From NCBI GenBank assembly GCA_036336835.1, contig JAYZFK010000062.1:1-64000 (forward strand): a stretch of DNA of 64,000 nt, in the 5' to 3' direction. This DNA is from Myxococcota bacterium (GTDB lineage: Bacteria; Myxococcota_A; UBA9160; UBA4427). Below are positions 9,173 through 18,752 of this stretch, one piece after another. How positions within the stretch are numbered: the stretch's first letter is position 1; each line of letters starts with the position of its first letter. The notes under the pieces were generated by a model that was given only the letters and a program-made list of their open reading frames with translations, did not search any database and had not been told where the DNA came from. Position numbers and translations under genes: made by a program.

Positions 9173-9640
9173 ATGCCGGAGCTGGTCCACATTCCTACGA
9201 TCGCAGCTCTCAGGGACTACGTCGGTCAGCGCATGGGACCGAGCGACTGGGTCGAGGTGTCCCAGGAACGCATCCGCGCATTCGCGGACGCAACCGGGGA
9301 CCAGCAGTGGATCCACACCGACCCGCAACGCGCGGAGTCGGAGTCGCCGTTCGGCGGTGCGATCGCACACGGCTATCTCACGATCTCGCTGGCTCCGCCG
9401 CTGATCGACCAGCTCTACGTGATCGACGGCTGTCGGATGACCGTCAACTACGGCATCGAGAAGATGCGCCTCCAGGAACCCGTTCCCGCCGGTTCCCGCG
9501 TCCGCGTGTCTGCCGAAATCCGCAACGTGCGGCTGCTTCCGAGCGGAGCAGCGCGAACCACGGTCCACTGCGTATTCGAGGTCGAGGGCGGCACGAGGCC
9601 CGCATGCATCAGCGACGCAGTGCTCATCTACTTCCCGTGA
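9173..9640 (+). CDS. MaoC family dehydratase
   Basis: FADATGDQQWIHTDP, IAHGYLT, VNYGIEK. Confidence 0.93.
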   Translation: MPELVHIPTIAALRDYVGQRMGPSDWVEVSQERIRAFADATGDQQWIHTDPQRAESESPFGGAIAHGYLTISLAPPLIDQLYVIDGCRMTVNYGIEKMRLQEPVPAGSRVRVSAEIRNVRLLPSGAARTTVHCVFEVEGGTRPACISDAVLIYFP

Positions 9641-9782
9641 GGGTCGACCGAATTCTCCAGCCCAACGAACCCGGGCGCCATTGTTGCCCCACAGCGGGGC
9701 AGCCGGAGCAGGATCCGGGATTTCCATCGACACCGCATCGCAGAGCGCGCGCACACACACATAGAGGGTATGCTCCGATTCG

Positions 9783-11429
9783 ATGCGGATCGCGATCGCA
9801 CAGGTAAACCCGATCGTCGGCGACCTTGCGGGCAACCGCGGCCTCGTCGAGCAGGCCGCGGTACGCGCGGCCAACGAGGGGGCCGACCTCGTGGTGCTGC
9901 CCGAGCTCGTGCTGACGGGCTATCCGCCGATGGATCTGTTGTCGCGCGACGGCTTCGTGGACGATCAACTGCGCGAACTCGAAGCGCTGCTGCCGGCCTC
10001 GCGAAACGTGGCAATCGCTCTCGGGGCCGTGGTGCGCGCCCCGGACGAACGCCCGAAGCGACTGTGGAACGCATGCGTCGTGCTGGCCGGCGGCGCGCAG
10101 GTGGCGGTGCGTCCGAAGACGCTGCTGCCGACCTACGACGTGTTCGACGAGAAGCGTTATTTCGCCCGCGCCGAGCCGCGCGAGGGCGTCCAGATCCCGG
10201 GCCTCGAGCCAATCCTCGGCATAGCGGTGTGCGAGGACACCTGGGTCGAGCAGATCGAGTACGACGTCGACCCGGTGGCCGAGCTCCAATCGATGGGCGC
10301 TCGTATCATCCTCAACCCGTCGGCCTCGCCCTGGCACGCCGGCAAGGCGCGCGAACGCCGTGCGATGCTCTCGGCTCTTGCGCGCGACCGCGGGGTTGCG
10401 ATCGTGTTCACGAACCAGGTCGGCGGCAACGACGAGCTGATCTTCGACGGCGGCTCCTGCGCCATCGACGCCAGCGGGCGGCTGCGCGCGGCGCTGCCCC
10501 TCTTCGAGCCTGGCTTTGTAACAGTCGAGCTACCGACGACCGACCCCTCGGCCCCCGGTCTCGAGGTCGACGACCCATCCGAGGTGCAGCAGCTCGAAGC
10601 CGGTCTCGTGCTCGGGATCCGCGACTACTTCGAGAAGCAGAATCTGCCCCCCGGCGCGGTCATCGGCCTGTCGGGCGGAATCGATTCGGCGGTCACCGCA
10701 CACCTCGCGGTCGAGGCGCTGGGACCCGACCGCGTGCTCGGCGTCGCGATGCCCGGGCCGTACTCTTCGGAGCACAGCATCGAGGACGCGCTCGAACTCG
10801 GCCGACTGCTCGAGATCGAAGTGCGCAGGGTCGACATCCGACCGATCTACGACAGCTACCTCTCCTTGTTCGGCGAGCTATTCGGCGATCGGCAGGACTA
10901 CGGGCTCACCCAGCAGAACATCCAGTCGCGCATTCGCGGGGCAACGTTGATGGCAGTCTCGAACCACGAGAACCGGCTGGTGCTTGCAACCGGCAACAAG
11001 AGCGAACTCTCCGTCGGCTACTGCACGCTGTACGGCGACACGGTGGGCGGCCTCGCGGTGCTCGGCGACGTCTACAAGCGCGACGTGTACGCTCTTGCGG
11101 TTCACGCCAACCGGGACCGTGCGCGCATTCCCAAGAACACGATCGAGAAGCCGCCGTCCGCCGAGCTCGCACCCGATCAACTCGATACCGACGACCTGCC
11201 TTCCTACGACGTGCTCGACGCCGTGCTCGAGCAGGCGATCGAAGGCGAGCGCGGGCGCGAGGCCCTCGTCACGCCACCCGAGGCGAGCGCAGAAATCGCG
11301 CGCGGAATCATCCGACGCCTCGACCGCAACGAGTACAAGCGACGGCAGACACCACTCGTACTCCGCACCTCACCCAAGGCGTTCGGAAGGGGTCGACGCC
11401 TTCCAATCGTCCACCGCTACGAAGGCTAG
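9783..11429 (+). CDS. nadE: Glutamine-dependent NAD+ synthetase
   Basis: Nitrilase domain (PELVLTGYPP, CED) plus GLSGGIDS, NIQSRIRG, ATGNKSE, PPSAELAP and NEYKRRQ. Confidence 0.96.
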   Translation: MRIAIAQVNPIVGDLAGNRGLVEQAAVRAANEGADLVVLPELVLTGYPPMDLLSRDGFVDDQLRELEALLPASRNVAIALGAVVRAPDERPKRLWNACVVLAGGAQVAVRPKTLLPTYDVFDEKRYFARAEPREGVQIPGLEPILGIAVCEDTWVEQIEYDVDPVAELQSMGARIILNPSASPWHAGKARERRAMLSALARDRGVAIVFTNQVGGNDELIFDGGSCAIDASGRLRAALPLFEPGFVTVELPTTDPSAPGLEVDDPSEVQQLEAGLVLGIRDYFEKQNLPPGAVIGLSGGIDSAVTAHLAVEALGPDRVLGVAMPGPYSSEHSIEDALELGRLLEIEVRRVDIRPIYDSYLSLFGELFGDRQDYGLTQQNIQSRIRGATLMAVSNHENRLVLATGNKSELSVGYCTLYGDTVGGLAVLGDVYKRDVYALAVHANRDRARIPKNTIEKPPSAELAPDQLDTDDLPSYDVLDAVLEQAIEGERGREALVTPPEASAEIARGIIRRLDRNEYKRRQTPLVLRTSPKAFGRGRRLPIVHRYEG

Positions 11430-11470
11430 GCGGAGCGAGCCGATGCATCGCGCCGGATCGAGGGCCTCGC

Positions 11471-12445
11471 TTGTCTGATGCCGGCCGGACACCGCCCGCA
11501 CTCGCGGGCGCGATCTGGATCGCCGCCCTGCTACACGCAGCGCCCGAGTTCCCGGGTCGCAACCTCGCACTGCAGAACGTGCGCCGTTTCGCACTCGGCT
11601 ATGACAGGCAAGTCAGCGGATATTTCGGCCCGGGGCTCCGCGTAGAGGGCAATCCCGCGGTCGATTCGAACTCGCTCGAGCCGCTGCTGTTGCGCTTCAC
11701 CGAGCCCGAGCTTGGCCCGATCTTGCGCGCGGCACTCTGCCCGGGGCAGACCTTCGTCGACGTCGGAGCCAACGTCGGAACCTATTCGCTGATGGCGGCG
11801 TCGCTGGTCGGTCCCACGGGCCGCGTGATGGCATTCGAGCCCGTGCCGGAGACGCGCGCCCGGCTCGAGTGCAACGTGGCGCTCAATCATGTGCCACGGC
11901 TCGAGATCATTCCCAAGGCGCTGGGATCAGCGCCCGGTACCACCGTCCTCCACGTCGCGGCCGGTGCATCGGGCCTGTCTTCCCGCTACACCCAGACCGA
12001 CGGAAGCCGAGTCGAGGTCGAGACCACGACGCTCGACCGGGAGCTCGCTGGTGCGATGGCACCCACACTGATCAAGATCGACGTAGAAGGAATGGAGCTC
12101 GAGGTGATGCGCGGCGCGCGTGAGCTGCTGCGCGGCGACTCACCGCCGTTGATCGTGTTCGAGGCACATCCCGATCACATGCGCGCAGCGGCGACCGATT
12201 ACACCGCGATCCGCAGATTCCTCGCGGACAACGGCGGTTACCAGATCTACGCCCTCGGGCGCAGAGGCCTGCGGAACGAGCCGCCCGAAGCGCGAGCGCC
12301 ATCCACCGCCGACGTCCTCGCTGCCCGTCCCGACAGCGAGGCGCATACACACGCGATCGCCGTTCTGCGCGGCGTCCACTTCCGCGGACAGGAGCCGGCG
12401 GCGTATACGAAGCTGCTGGCGAGGCTCCGCGAGCGACTCGGCTAG
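11471..12445 (+). CDS. FkbM family methyltransferase
   Basis: FVDVGANVG, AFEPVP, IKIDVEGME. TTG start is approximate. Confidence 0.88.
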   Translation: MSDAGRTPPALAGAIWIAALLHAAPEFPGRNLALQNVRRFALGYDRQVSGYFGPGLRVEGNPAVDSNSLEPLLLRFTEPELGPILRAALCPGQTFVDVGANVGTYSLMAASLVGPTGRVMAFEPVPETRARLECNVALNHVPRLEIIPKALGSAPGTTVLHVAAGASGLSSRYTQTDGSRVEVETTTLDRELAGAMAPTLIKIDVEGMELEVMRGARELLRGDSPPLIVFEAHPDHMRAAATDYTAIRRFLADNGGYQIYALGRRGLRNEPPEARAPSTADVLAARPDSEAHTHAIAVLRGVHFRGQEPAAYTKLLARLRERLG

Positions 12446-12448
12446 CCT

Positions 12449-13171
12449 GTGTATCGGGGTCTCTCGGTCATCGCGATGGCTCCGGTGCTAGACGAGGAAG
12501 CCAAGATTGGAAACGTCGTCACGCGTACTCCGCGCGATGTCGTAGACGAGGTGCTGGTAATCGACGACGGCTCCACCGACGGATCGGCTCGCGTTGCGCG
12601 CGAGTGCGGGGCGAACATCCTGGACATGGGCGCCACGGTGGGCGTCGGCGCTGCGCTGCGCGCCGGATACGAATACGCGATGGCCGGTGCCTACGACGTT
12701 GCGGTAGTCATGGCGGGCAACGACAAGGACGCGCCCGAGGAGATTCCGCGCCTGCTCGACCCAATCGTCGACAGCGAAGCCGACCTGGTGCAGGGCTCGC
12801 GCTTCCTCGACCCGAACGCCAACTTCGGAGACATGCCCTTCTACAGGAAGGTCGCAACGCGTGTGCACCCGCTCCTGTTCTCGCTAGTGGCGCGGCGCCG
12901 CGTCACGGAATCCACCAATGGCTTCCGCGCGGTGCACCGCCGCGTACTGGCCGACGAACGCCTCGATCTCCGGCAGAGCTGGCTCGATGAATACGAGCTC
13001 GAGCCCTACCTCTATCTGAAGACAATCCGACTCGGCTACAAGACGACCGAGGTCCCCGTGACGAAGGTGTACCCCCGGCGCGAAATCGGACAGACGAAGA
13101 TGAAGCCAATCGTCGGCTGGTGGTCGATCCTGCGGCCGCTCGTGCTGATGGGACTCGGGATCCGGAGGTGA
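12449..13171 (+). CDS. GT2 glycosyltransferase (polyprenol-phosphate mannosyltransferase-like)
   Basis: VIDDGSTDG, VQGSRF, TESTNGFRA. The usual DxD is replaced by MAGNDKD. Confidence 0.9.
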   Translation: MYRGLSVIAMAPVLDEEAKIGNVVTRTPRDVVDEVLVIDDGSTDGSARVARECGANILDMGATVGVGAALRAGYEYAMAGAYDVAVVMAGNDKDAPEEIPRLLDPIVDSEADLVQGSRFLDPNANFGDMPFYRKVATRVHPLLFSLVARRRVTESTNGFRAVHRRVLADERLDLRQSWLDEYELEPYLYLKTIRLGYKTTEVPVTKVYPRREIGQTKMKPIVGWWSILRPLVLMGLGIRR

Positions 13172-14205
13172 GTTTGATACGCATCGCCGTCATCGGCGCC
13201 GGGCACTGGGGGCCGAACCTGATTCGCAACTTCCACGACCTGCAGGCGAGCGCGGTCGGACGCGTGATCGATCGCGATGCGACTCGCCTGGCCCACGTGG
13301 CGGCCCGCTATCCGGAGGTCCTGGTCTCGACGGACGCCGAGGACGCGTTCAGCGACGAGAGCATCGACGGGGTGGTCGTCGCAACACCGACGATCACGCA
13401 CTACCCACTGGTCAAGCGCGCGCTCGAAGCCGGTAAGCACGTCCTCGTCGAGAAGCCGATCGCGACACGCGGCGAGGAGGCGGACGAGCTGTGCGAGCTG
13501 GCAGATCGCTCCGGTCTCGTCCTGATGGTCGGGCACGTCTTCCTCTACAACGGCGCCGTGCGAGCCGTGAAACAGTACCTGGACGCTGGCGAACTCGGCC
13601 GCGTCTATTACATATCCATGGTCCGTACGAATCTCGGCCCGATCCGCGCCGACGTCAATGCGGCCTGGGATCTCGCCTCGCATGACGTCTCGATCGTCAA
13701 TTACTGGCTCGACGCCGATCCGCTCACTGTCTCGTCGATCGGTGGGAGCTGGATCAACGCCAGTGTCGAGGACGCCGTATTTGCGACGATCCGCTATCCG
13801 GACGAAGTCCTGGTAAACCTGCACACCTCGTGGCTCAATCCGCGCAAGGCCCGAGATATCACGATCGTCGGCGAACGCAGGATGCTCACGTTCGACGACA
13901 TCGACCTGAACGAACCGATACGCATCTACGACAAGTACGTCAGCGACGAAGCCACACCAGCCGACTTCGTCGACACGTTCGAGACATTCCGGGCGAGCGT
14001 TCGCGACGGCGATATCCGGATTCCCAGTGTGACTCTCGGCGAGCCGCTGGCCAACGAGTGCAGGGAATTCATCGACTGCATCGGACAGGGAACTCGTCCG
14101 ATTTCGGACGGTCGCGTGGGCGCACGCGTCGTCCGCGCGCTCGAGGCGCTGACCCGATCGACCCGGGCGTCCGGACGCGAAGAAAAGGTAGAGAGGACGG
14201 ACTGA
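13168..14205 (+). CDS. Gfo/Idh/MocA family oxidoreductase
   Basis: IAVIGAGHWG, HVLVEKP, MVGH, WDLASHD; GTGA overlap with the upstream gene. Confidence 0.92.
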   Translation: MSLIRIAVIGAGHWGPNLIRNFHDLQASAVGRVIDRDATRLAHVAARYPEVLVSTDAEDAFSDESIDGVVVATPTITHYPLVKRALEAGKHVLVEKPIATRGEEADELCELADRSGLVLMVGHVFLYNGAVRAVKQYLDAGELGRVYYISMVRTNLGPIRADVNAAWDLASHDVSIVNYWLDADPLTVSSIGGSWINASVEDAVFATIRYPDEVLVNLHTSWLNPRKARDITIVGERRMLTFDDIDLNEPIRIYDKYVSDEATPADFVDTFETFRASVRDGDIRIPSVTLGEPLANECREFIDCIGQGTRPISDGRVGARVVRALEALTRSTRASGREEKVERTD

Positions 14206-15317
14206 TGGCGATCCCGCTGGTCGATCTGCAGATCCAGCACCGTCAGGTGGCCGTCGAGATCGAGGCGGGCTTCGCTCGGGTGCTGCGGGAGGGGTCGTTC
14301 ATCCTGGGCTCGGACGTCGCGGACTTCGAGCGCGCCTTCGCCGAGTTCTCGGGTGTCGCACACTGCATCGGCGTTGCCAACGGGACCGATGCACTGGAGC
14401 TGGCGCTGCGTGCCCTCGGCGTCGGTCCCGGCGACGAAGTGATCCTTCCCGTGAACACATTCATCGCGACCGCGCTCGCGGTGGCGCGGGCCGGGGCCAG
14501 CCCGGCCTTCGTCGACTGCGACGAGTCAACCGGCCTGATCGACGTGGACGCGGTCGAGGCGGCCGTCGGCGACCGAACGCGGGCACTGCTCCCGGTGCAC
14601 CTCTACGGGCAGATGGCGCCGATGGCGGCGCTGGAAGCGATCGCGCGACGGCGCGATCTGCTGCTGCTCGAGGATGCCGCCCAGTGCCAGGGCGCGAGAC
14701 AGTCCCACGCCGACGGCGAGCGCCCGGCCGGGTCACTGGGAGTCGCCGCGGGGACGAGCTTCTACCCGGGCAAGAACCTCGGAGCCTACGGCGACGCAGG
14801 AGCCGTGCTCACGCGCGACGACGAGCTCGCGAGTCGGGTGCGTGAGCTGCGCAACTACGGCAGCGAGCGCAAGTATCAGCATCCTCGCATCGGTTTCAAC
14901 TCGCGGCTAGACACGCTGCAGGCGGTGGTGCTGAACGCGAAGCTCGCGCATCTCGACGACTGGAACGAGCAGCGTCGCCAGGCAGCCGCGCGCTACGACG
15001 CGCTCCTCGGGGCGGCCGACGGCGTCGTGCTCCCCACCACGCTGCCGGGCAATACACCGGTCTGGCATCTGTACGTCGTGCGCGTGGCGCAGCGCGATGC
15101 CGTGCTCGATGCACTGCACAGCAAGGGGATCGCGGCCGGCATCCACTATCCGTTCCCGCTCCACCTGACCGGGGCATTCGAGGGCAGCTCACCGCGGGGG
15201 GCCTTCCCGGTTGCCGAACGGCTGGCGGACGAGATCCTGTCGCTGCCGCTTTTCCCGGGGATCACCGCCCAGCAGCAGGAAGAGGTTGCCCGCGCACTGA
15301 TCGACTCGCTCGCCTGA
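14205..15317 (+). CDS. DegT/DnrJ/EryC1/StrS sugar aminotransferase
   Basis: NGTDAL, VHLYGQ, EDAAQ, SFYPGKNLGAYGDAG, GFNSRLD; TGATG coupling. Confidence 0.95.
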   Translation: MAIPLVDLQIQHRQVAVEIEAGFARVLREGSFILGSDVADFERAFAEFSGVAHCIGVANGTDALELALRALGVGPGDEVILPVNTFIATALAVARAGASPAFVDCDESTGLIDVDAVEAAVGDRTRALLPVHLYGQMAPMAALEAIARRRDLLLLEDAAQCQGARQSHADGERPAGSLGVAAGTSFYPGKNLGAYGDAGAVLTRDDELASRVRELRNYGSERKYQHPRIGFNSRLDTLQAVVLNAKLAHLDDWNEQRRQAAARYDALLGAADGVVLPTTLPGNTPVWHLYVVRVAQRDAVLDALHSKGIAAGIHYPFPLHLTGAFEGSSPRGAFPVAERLADEILSLPLFPGITAQQQEEVARALIDSLA

Positions 15318-15349
15318 CGCCGGGCTCGGCCCAGGGTTCTCGGCGGGCT

Positions 15350-15850
15350 CTAGGCGGTGGCTTCGACGCTCTCCGAGGCCGGGCGCACGTTCTCCGCGCG
15401 AGCGCCACGCGGCCCCTCCTGAACGACGTACTCGACAGAGTCACCTTCGTTGAGATTGTCGTACTCGGCCGCATTCAGGCCCGAACGGTGGAAGAAGACT
15501 TCCTTGCCGTCGTCGCCTCGGATGAACCCGAAGCCCCGGTCGCGGACCATCTTCTTGATCTTGCCCTTGCACTTGGGACCGGACGGTACGGCCTGCGGGC
15601 CCGAGCGACGGCCCCGGCCTCGGCCGCGGCTGCGGCTGCGGCTGCGAGCTCCCTCGCGGGCACCCCGATAGCGCTCGGTCGCGACGAACTCGTCGCGAAA
15701 CAAGGCGAGGGGAACTTCCAGATCCTGCAGCTCGTCCTGCTCGGGCGAGAGCAGCACCTCTTCGTCACCCACATCGACCACGCTGTAGCGCAGCCCCGTG
15801 TTGCGGTGGGTCACGAGCAGGCCAGATTCGATCTCGTCCATCGGAAGCAT
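15350..15850 (-). CDS. Cold-shock domain protein with N-terminal extra domain and RS/RG-rich linker
   Basis: C-terminal CSD with RNP1 RGFGFI, RNP2 VFFH and GPRGARAENV; linker RSRSRSRGRGRGRRS; SD GAGG. Confidence 0.85.
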   Translation of the reverse strand: MLPMDEIESGLLVTHRNTGLRYSVVDVGDEEVLLSPEQDELQDLEVPLALFRDEFVATERYRGAREGARSRSRSRGRGRGRRSGPQAVPSGPKCKGKIKKMVRDRGFGFIRGDDGKEVFFHRSGLNAAEYDNLNEGDSVEYVVQEGPRGARAENVRPASESVEATA

Positions 15851-16005
15851 GGCGCCACCTCGAGCTGAGCCGCATTCTCAGAGGGCCTGGGCGGGATCCC
15901 ACCGCCGAAGGGCAGCGGGCGCGTGAACATAGGGGAAGCCTCGCGCTGAATCAAACGGCCCGTCGCTGTCAGCTAAGTACGTGATCAGCCGATAGAATCG
16001 GCGCA

Positions 16006-17190
16006 ATGCGGCGCCAACATCCGATCCTTCTGGTGGCGCTGTGCGCTCTGTCGGGTTGGCAGCCAGCGTGTACCGGATCACCGCGATTCGTCGACAAACC
16101 ACACCTTGTGGTGGGAACGAGCGGCGATTACGCACCGTTCAGCCACCGCGCGGACACCGCCCAGAGCGGCGCCGTCTGGGCGCGCGGCCTCGACATCGAG
16201 CTCGCCGAAGCCTTCGTCCGCGACTCGGGCCGCGCGCTGCGACTCGTCGAGTTCACCTGGGTGGCGTTGTTGCGCGATCTCACGGCACACGACTTCGACG
16301 TGGCGATGAGCGGCGTCACGGTGCGACCGGATCGGTCGCTGACCGGACGGTTCAGCGTGCCGGTAGCGCAGAGCGGAGCGGTCTTGCTCGTGCGCGAGTC
16401 CGACGCCGCGGGCGGGCTCGCCGAGCTCGAGCGCAGCGGGACCGCGATCGCCGTCAATCGCGGCGGGCATCTCGAGCGGGTGATCCGCGCGCGCTTCCCC
16501 AACGCGAGCGTGCGTCCGATCGAGCGCAACCAGGACGTGCTGGCGGAGCTGATCGAGGGCCGCGCAACCGCGGTTGCCAGCGACACACTCGAAGCCCCGC
16601 ACTGGCTCGCACGTGTAGAAGGAGTCGTCGCACTTGGCCCGTTCACGCGCGACGACAAGGCATTCCTGGTCCGAGCAGATCGCCCGGAGCTCGCACGCGA
16701 GCTCGACGCGTGGCTGCTCGCGCGCGAACGCGATGGAACGCTCGCGAAGCTGCGCGCCAGACACTTCGGTCCGGGTGATTGGCCGCGAACGGCGACCCCG
16801 CAGGCCGCGCTCGATGCCGCACGCCGCGAACGGCTCGCCTTGATGCCGCTGGTCGCCGAGGCCAAACGCCGCAGCGGAGCACCGGTGGAGGACCTGGCGC
16901 GCGAGCGGAAGGTGCTCGACGCCGCCGCGCTGGGCGTCGAACGCAGCGCGCGACTCCGAGCCGTCGAGCCTCCCGACGAGGCCGACATCCGACGTTTCTT
17001 CGAGACCCAGATTGCCGACGCCAAGCAGCTGCAGCACGCGTTCCTGGCCGCACCGCCCAACCCCGCGCTCGAGCCAGCCGACCTGGCAAAGCAGATCCGC
17101 CCGGCACTGATCCGGATCGGCGACCGGATCGCGATGTTGCTCGTCGAGCGCAGCCTCGAGGCGCCCGGGACGCGCGCCTCGGAGCGCTGA
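16006..17190 (+). CDS. Exported cyclohexadienyl dehydratase-like SBP fused to a C-terminal AroQ-type chorismate mutase
   Basis: Signal peptide; VGTSGDYAPFS, FDVAMSGVT, VNRGGHLE (PheC-like). C-terminus RERLALMPLVAEAK..PVEDLARE..FFETQIADAKQLQ..DL..IRPAL is AroQ-like. Confidence 0.8.
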   Translation: MRRQHPILLVALCALSGWQPACTGSPRFVDKPHLVVGTSGDYAPFSHRADTAQSGAVWARGLDIELAEAFVRDSGRALRLVEFTWVALLRDLTAHDFDVAMSGVTVRPDRSLTGRFSVPVAQSGAVLLVRESDAAGGLAELERSGTAIAVNRGGHLERVIRARFPNASVRPIERNQDVLAELIEGRATAVASDTLEAPHWLARVEGVVALGPFTRDDKAFLVRADRPELARELDAWLLARERDGTLAKLRARHFGPGDWPRTATPQAALDAARRERLALMPLVAEAKRRSGAPVEDLARERKVLDAAALGVERSARLRAVEPPDEADIRRFFETQIADAKQLQHAFLAAPPNPALEPADLAKQIRPALIRIGDRIAMLLVERSLEAPGTRASER

Positions 17191-17250
17191 CGGGGGAGGC
17201 TCTCGACCGGGCCGCGGCGCTCCGTCTGGCTCGACTGCTTGGCCAGGCCG

Positions 17251-17790
17251 TCAGCGCAACACCGCCCGCGTCGCGAGCCCCGCGAGCAGGGGCAGCAGCA
17301 GACACACCGCCCAGCGAACCACTGCCGTCCGAAGACCCAGGAACGGAACCTCCCAGATGAAGAAGCGGTGGATGGCGAGCAACATCCAGGCCGCGACGTA
17401 GGTGACGACGGCGGCCGTGCTCGCACCTGACTTGAGCAGGGTCGCCGCCACGGGAAATGAGATGAACGGCCCCGAGGGCGTCACCATCCCCGCACCGACT
17501 GCGATCAGCAGCCCGCGGATGCCCGAGTCCTCGCCGAGCGCGCGGCTCACCCAATCGTGCGGGATCAGCTTCTCGGCCACGCCGGCTACCAGAAACGCGA
17601 CGACGATGAGTGCGCCGAAACGCTGCAGCATGCCGCCGCCGCCCGCCAGACCTTCCAGCAGCAGCTCGCTGCCGCCGCGGTACCAGGCGACGACCGCAAG
17701 CACGCCGAGCAGTCCGAGCATCGAGAAGAACGAGCTGTCGAACACGATGCGCTTCTCCCGTGCGCGAGCCGGACTCGCCTCGCGCGGCAT
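17251..17790 (-). CDS. Predicted permease (DUF318/ArsP-like)
   Basis: Hydrophobic; LGEDSGIRG, GMVTPSGPFISFP, GASTAAVV. TGATG coupling with the upstream gene. Confidence 0.78.
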   Translation of the reverse strand: MPREASPARAREKRIVFDSSFFSMLGLLGVLAVVAWYRGGSELLLEGLAGGGGMLQRFGALIVVAFLVAGVAEKLIPHDWVSRALGEDSGIRGLLIAVGAGMVTPSGPFISFPVAATLLKSGASTAAVVTYVAAWMLLAIHRFFIWEVPFLGLRTAVVRWAVCLLLPLLAGLATRAVLR

Positions 17791-18752
17791 CAGTAGAAGA
17801 CCGAGCGAGCGCGGTGACGGGGCCGCGCCTTGATCGCCGGCGCCTGCCCCCGGTTCCAGAGCAGGTGATCGAGCCGCTGCGCCGTAACCCCGGTACCGGC
17901 TCGCTCACTCAGCGACTCGACCATGCGCTCGACCGCGTGCAGGGCAACGGCGCGAATCTCGATCTCCTGCGGCGAGCCCGCGCCGATCGGTTGCTCGCCA
18001 TCGATCTGCTCTGCGAGGTCTCGGCAGTAGACGAGGACGCCCTCGCAACGAAGTACGTGTGGCACCAGGTTGTCGGCAAAGATGGTCAGCCGAGCGAGAT
18101 CGTCGAAGCGCCCGGGGCCCTTGCCCTCGAACGCGATCGCCAGGTCGGCCGCGGTGAGCTGCGCGCGCTTGTAGAACGGCACCTCGAACCCGTCGTAGGT
18201 CGAGACATCGCGATAGCACTGCATGACCGCGAGCTCTCGCACCAGGTGCTCCGCACTCGCCTCCGCACGTGCCACCAGCACCTCGAAGCTGCCTTCGTGG
18301 CGCGTGCGCAGGAATTCGCCCAGATCGCGCAGTGCGCGCGCGAAGTGCTCCATCAGCTCGCCTACCTCGGGCTGCTCGACGTCCTGTCCCAGCAACTCCG
18401 CCACCGCGGTGGCATCGAGCGACCGCAGCTCATTCGCCGAAAAGGCTCCCTCGCTCGCGAAGCGTTCCCTGAGCGCGGTGGCTACGGTGAAGTACCCCGA
18501 GCAGCCAGGCCGCTTGCGCAGCAAAGGAAACCAGCCCGAGCCGAAGTTGATCGCATCGAGCGTCACGACGTACGCGAGCGTCTCGGCCTCGCCGCCGAGG
18601 TGATGGTGCGCCGGATCGAGCTTCGCCGGCTCCTTCGCCTCGTCGGCGAGCTCGAGCGCGAGACGCTCCAGCGGCTCGCGCTCGATCCGCACGAAGCGCG
18701 CGCGCTCGGCGACGCGAGCCGACGCCGCCCGGATGTCCTCGAGACAGATCAC
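17790..18752 (-). CDS. Queuosine salvage protein (DUF2419/Qng1, queuosine 5'-phosphate N-glycosylase)
   Basis: LDAINFGSG, FYKRAQL, LTIFADNLVP, EIEIRA, LDHLLW and C-terminal HRARSVFY. GTG start overlaps the DAGK stop. Confidence 0.9.
   Translation of the reverse strand: MICLEDIRAASARVAERARFVRIEREPLERLALELADEAKEPAKLDPAHHHLGGEAETLAYVVTLDAINFGSGWFPLLRKRPGCSGYFTVATALRERFASEGAFSANELRSLDATAVAELLGQDVEQPEVGELMEHFARALRDLGEFLRTRHEGSFEVLVARAEASAEHLVRELAVMQCYRDVSTYDGFEVPFYKRAQLTAADLAIAFEGKGPGRFDDLARLTIFADNLVPHVLRCEGVLVYCRDLAEQIDGEQPIGAGSPQEIEIRAVALHAVERMVESLSERAGTGVTAQRLDHLLWNRGQAPAIKARPRHRARSVFY

Noticed and set aside
8341..9192. 806-aa ORF suggesting a long AKR fusion
   Set aside because: The upstream part is Arg/Gly-rich shadow translation overlapping the LLM gene; an SD supports the 8340 start.
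9770..11470. 891-aa ORF overlapping nadE
   Set aside because: Off-frame shadow of nadE; only the 3' FkbM part is protein-like. Most long antisense or alternate-frame ORFs in the track are similar high-GC artefacts.
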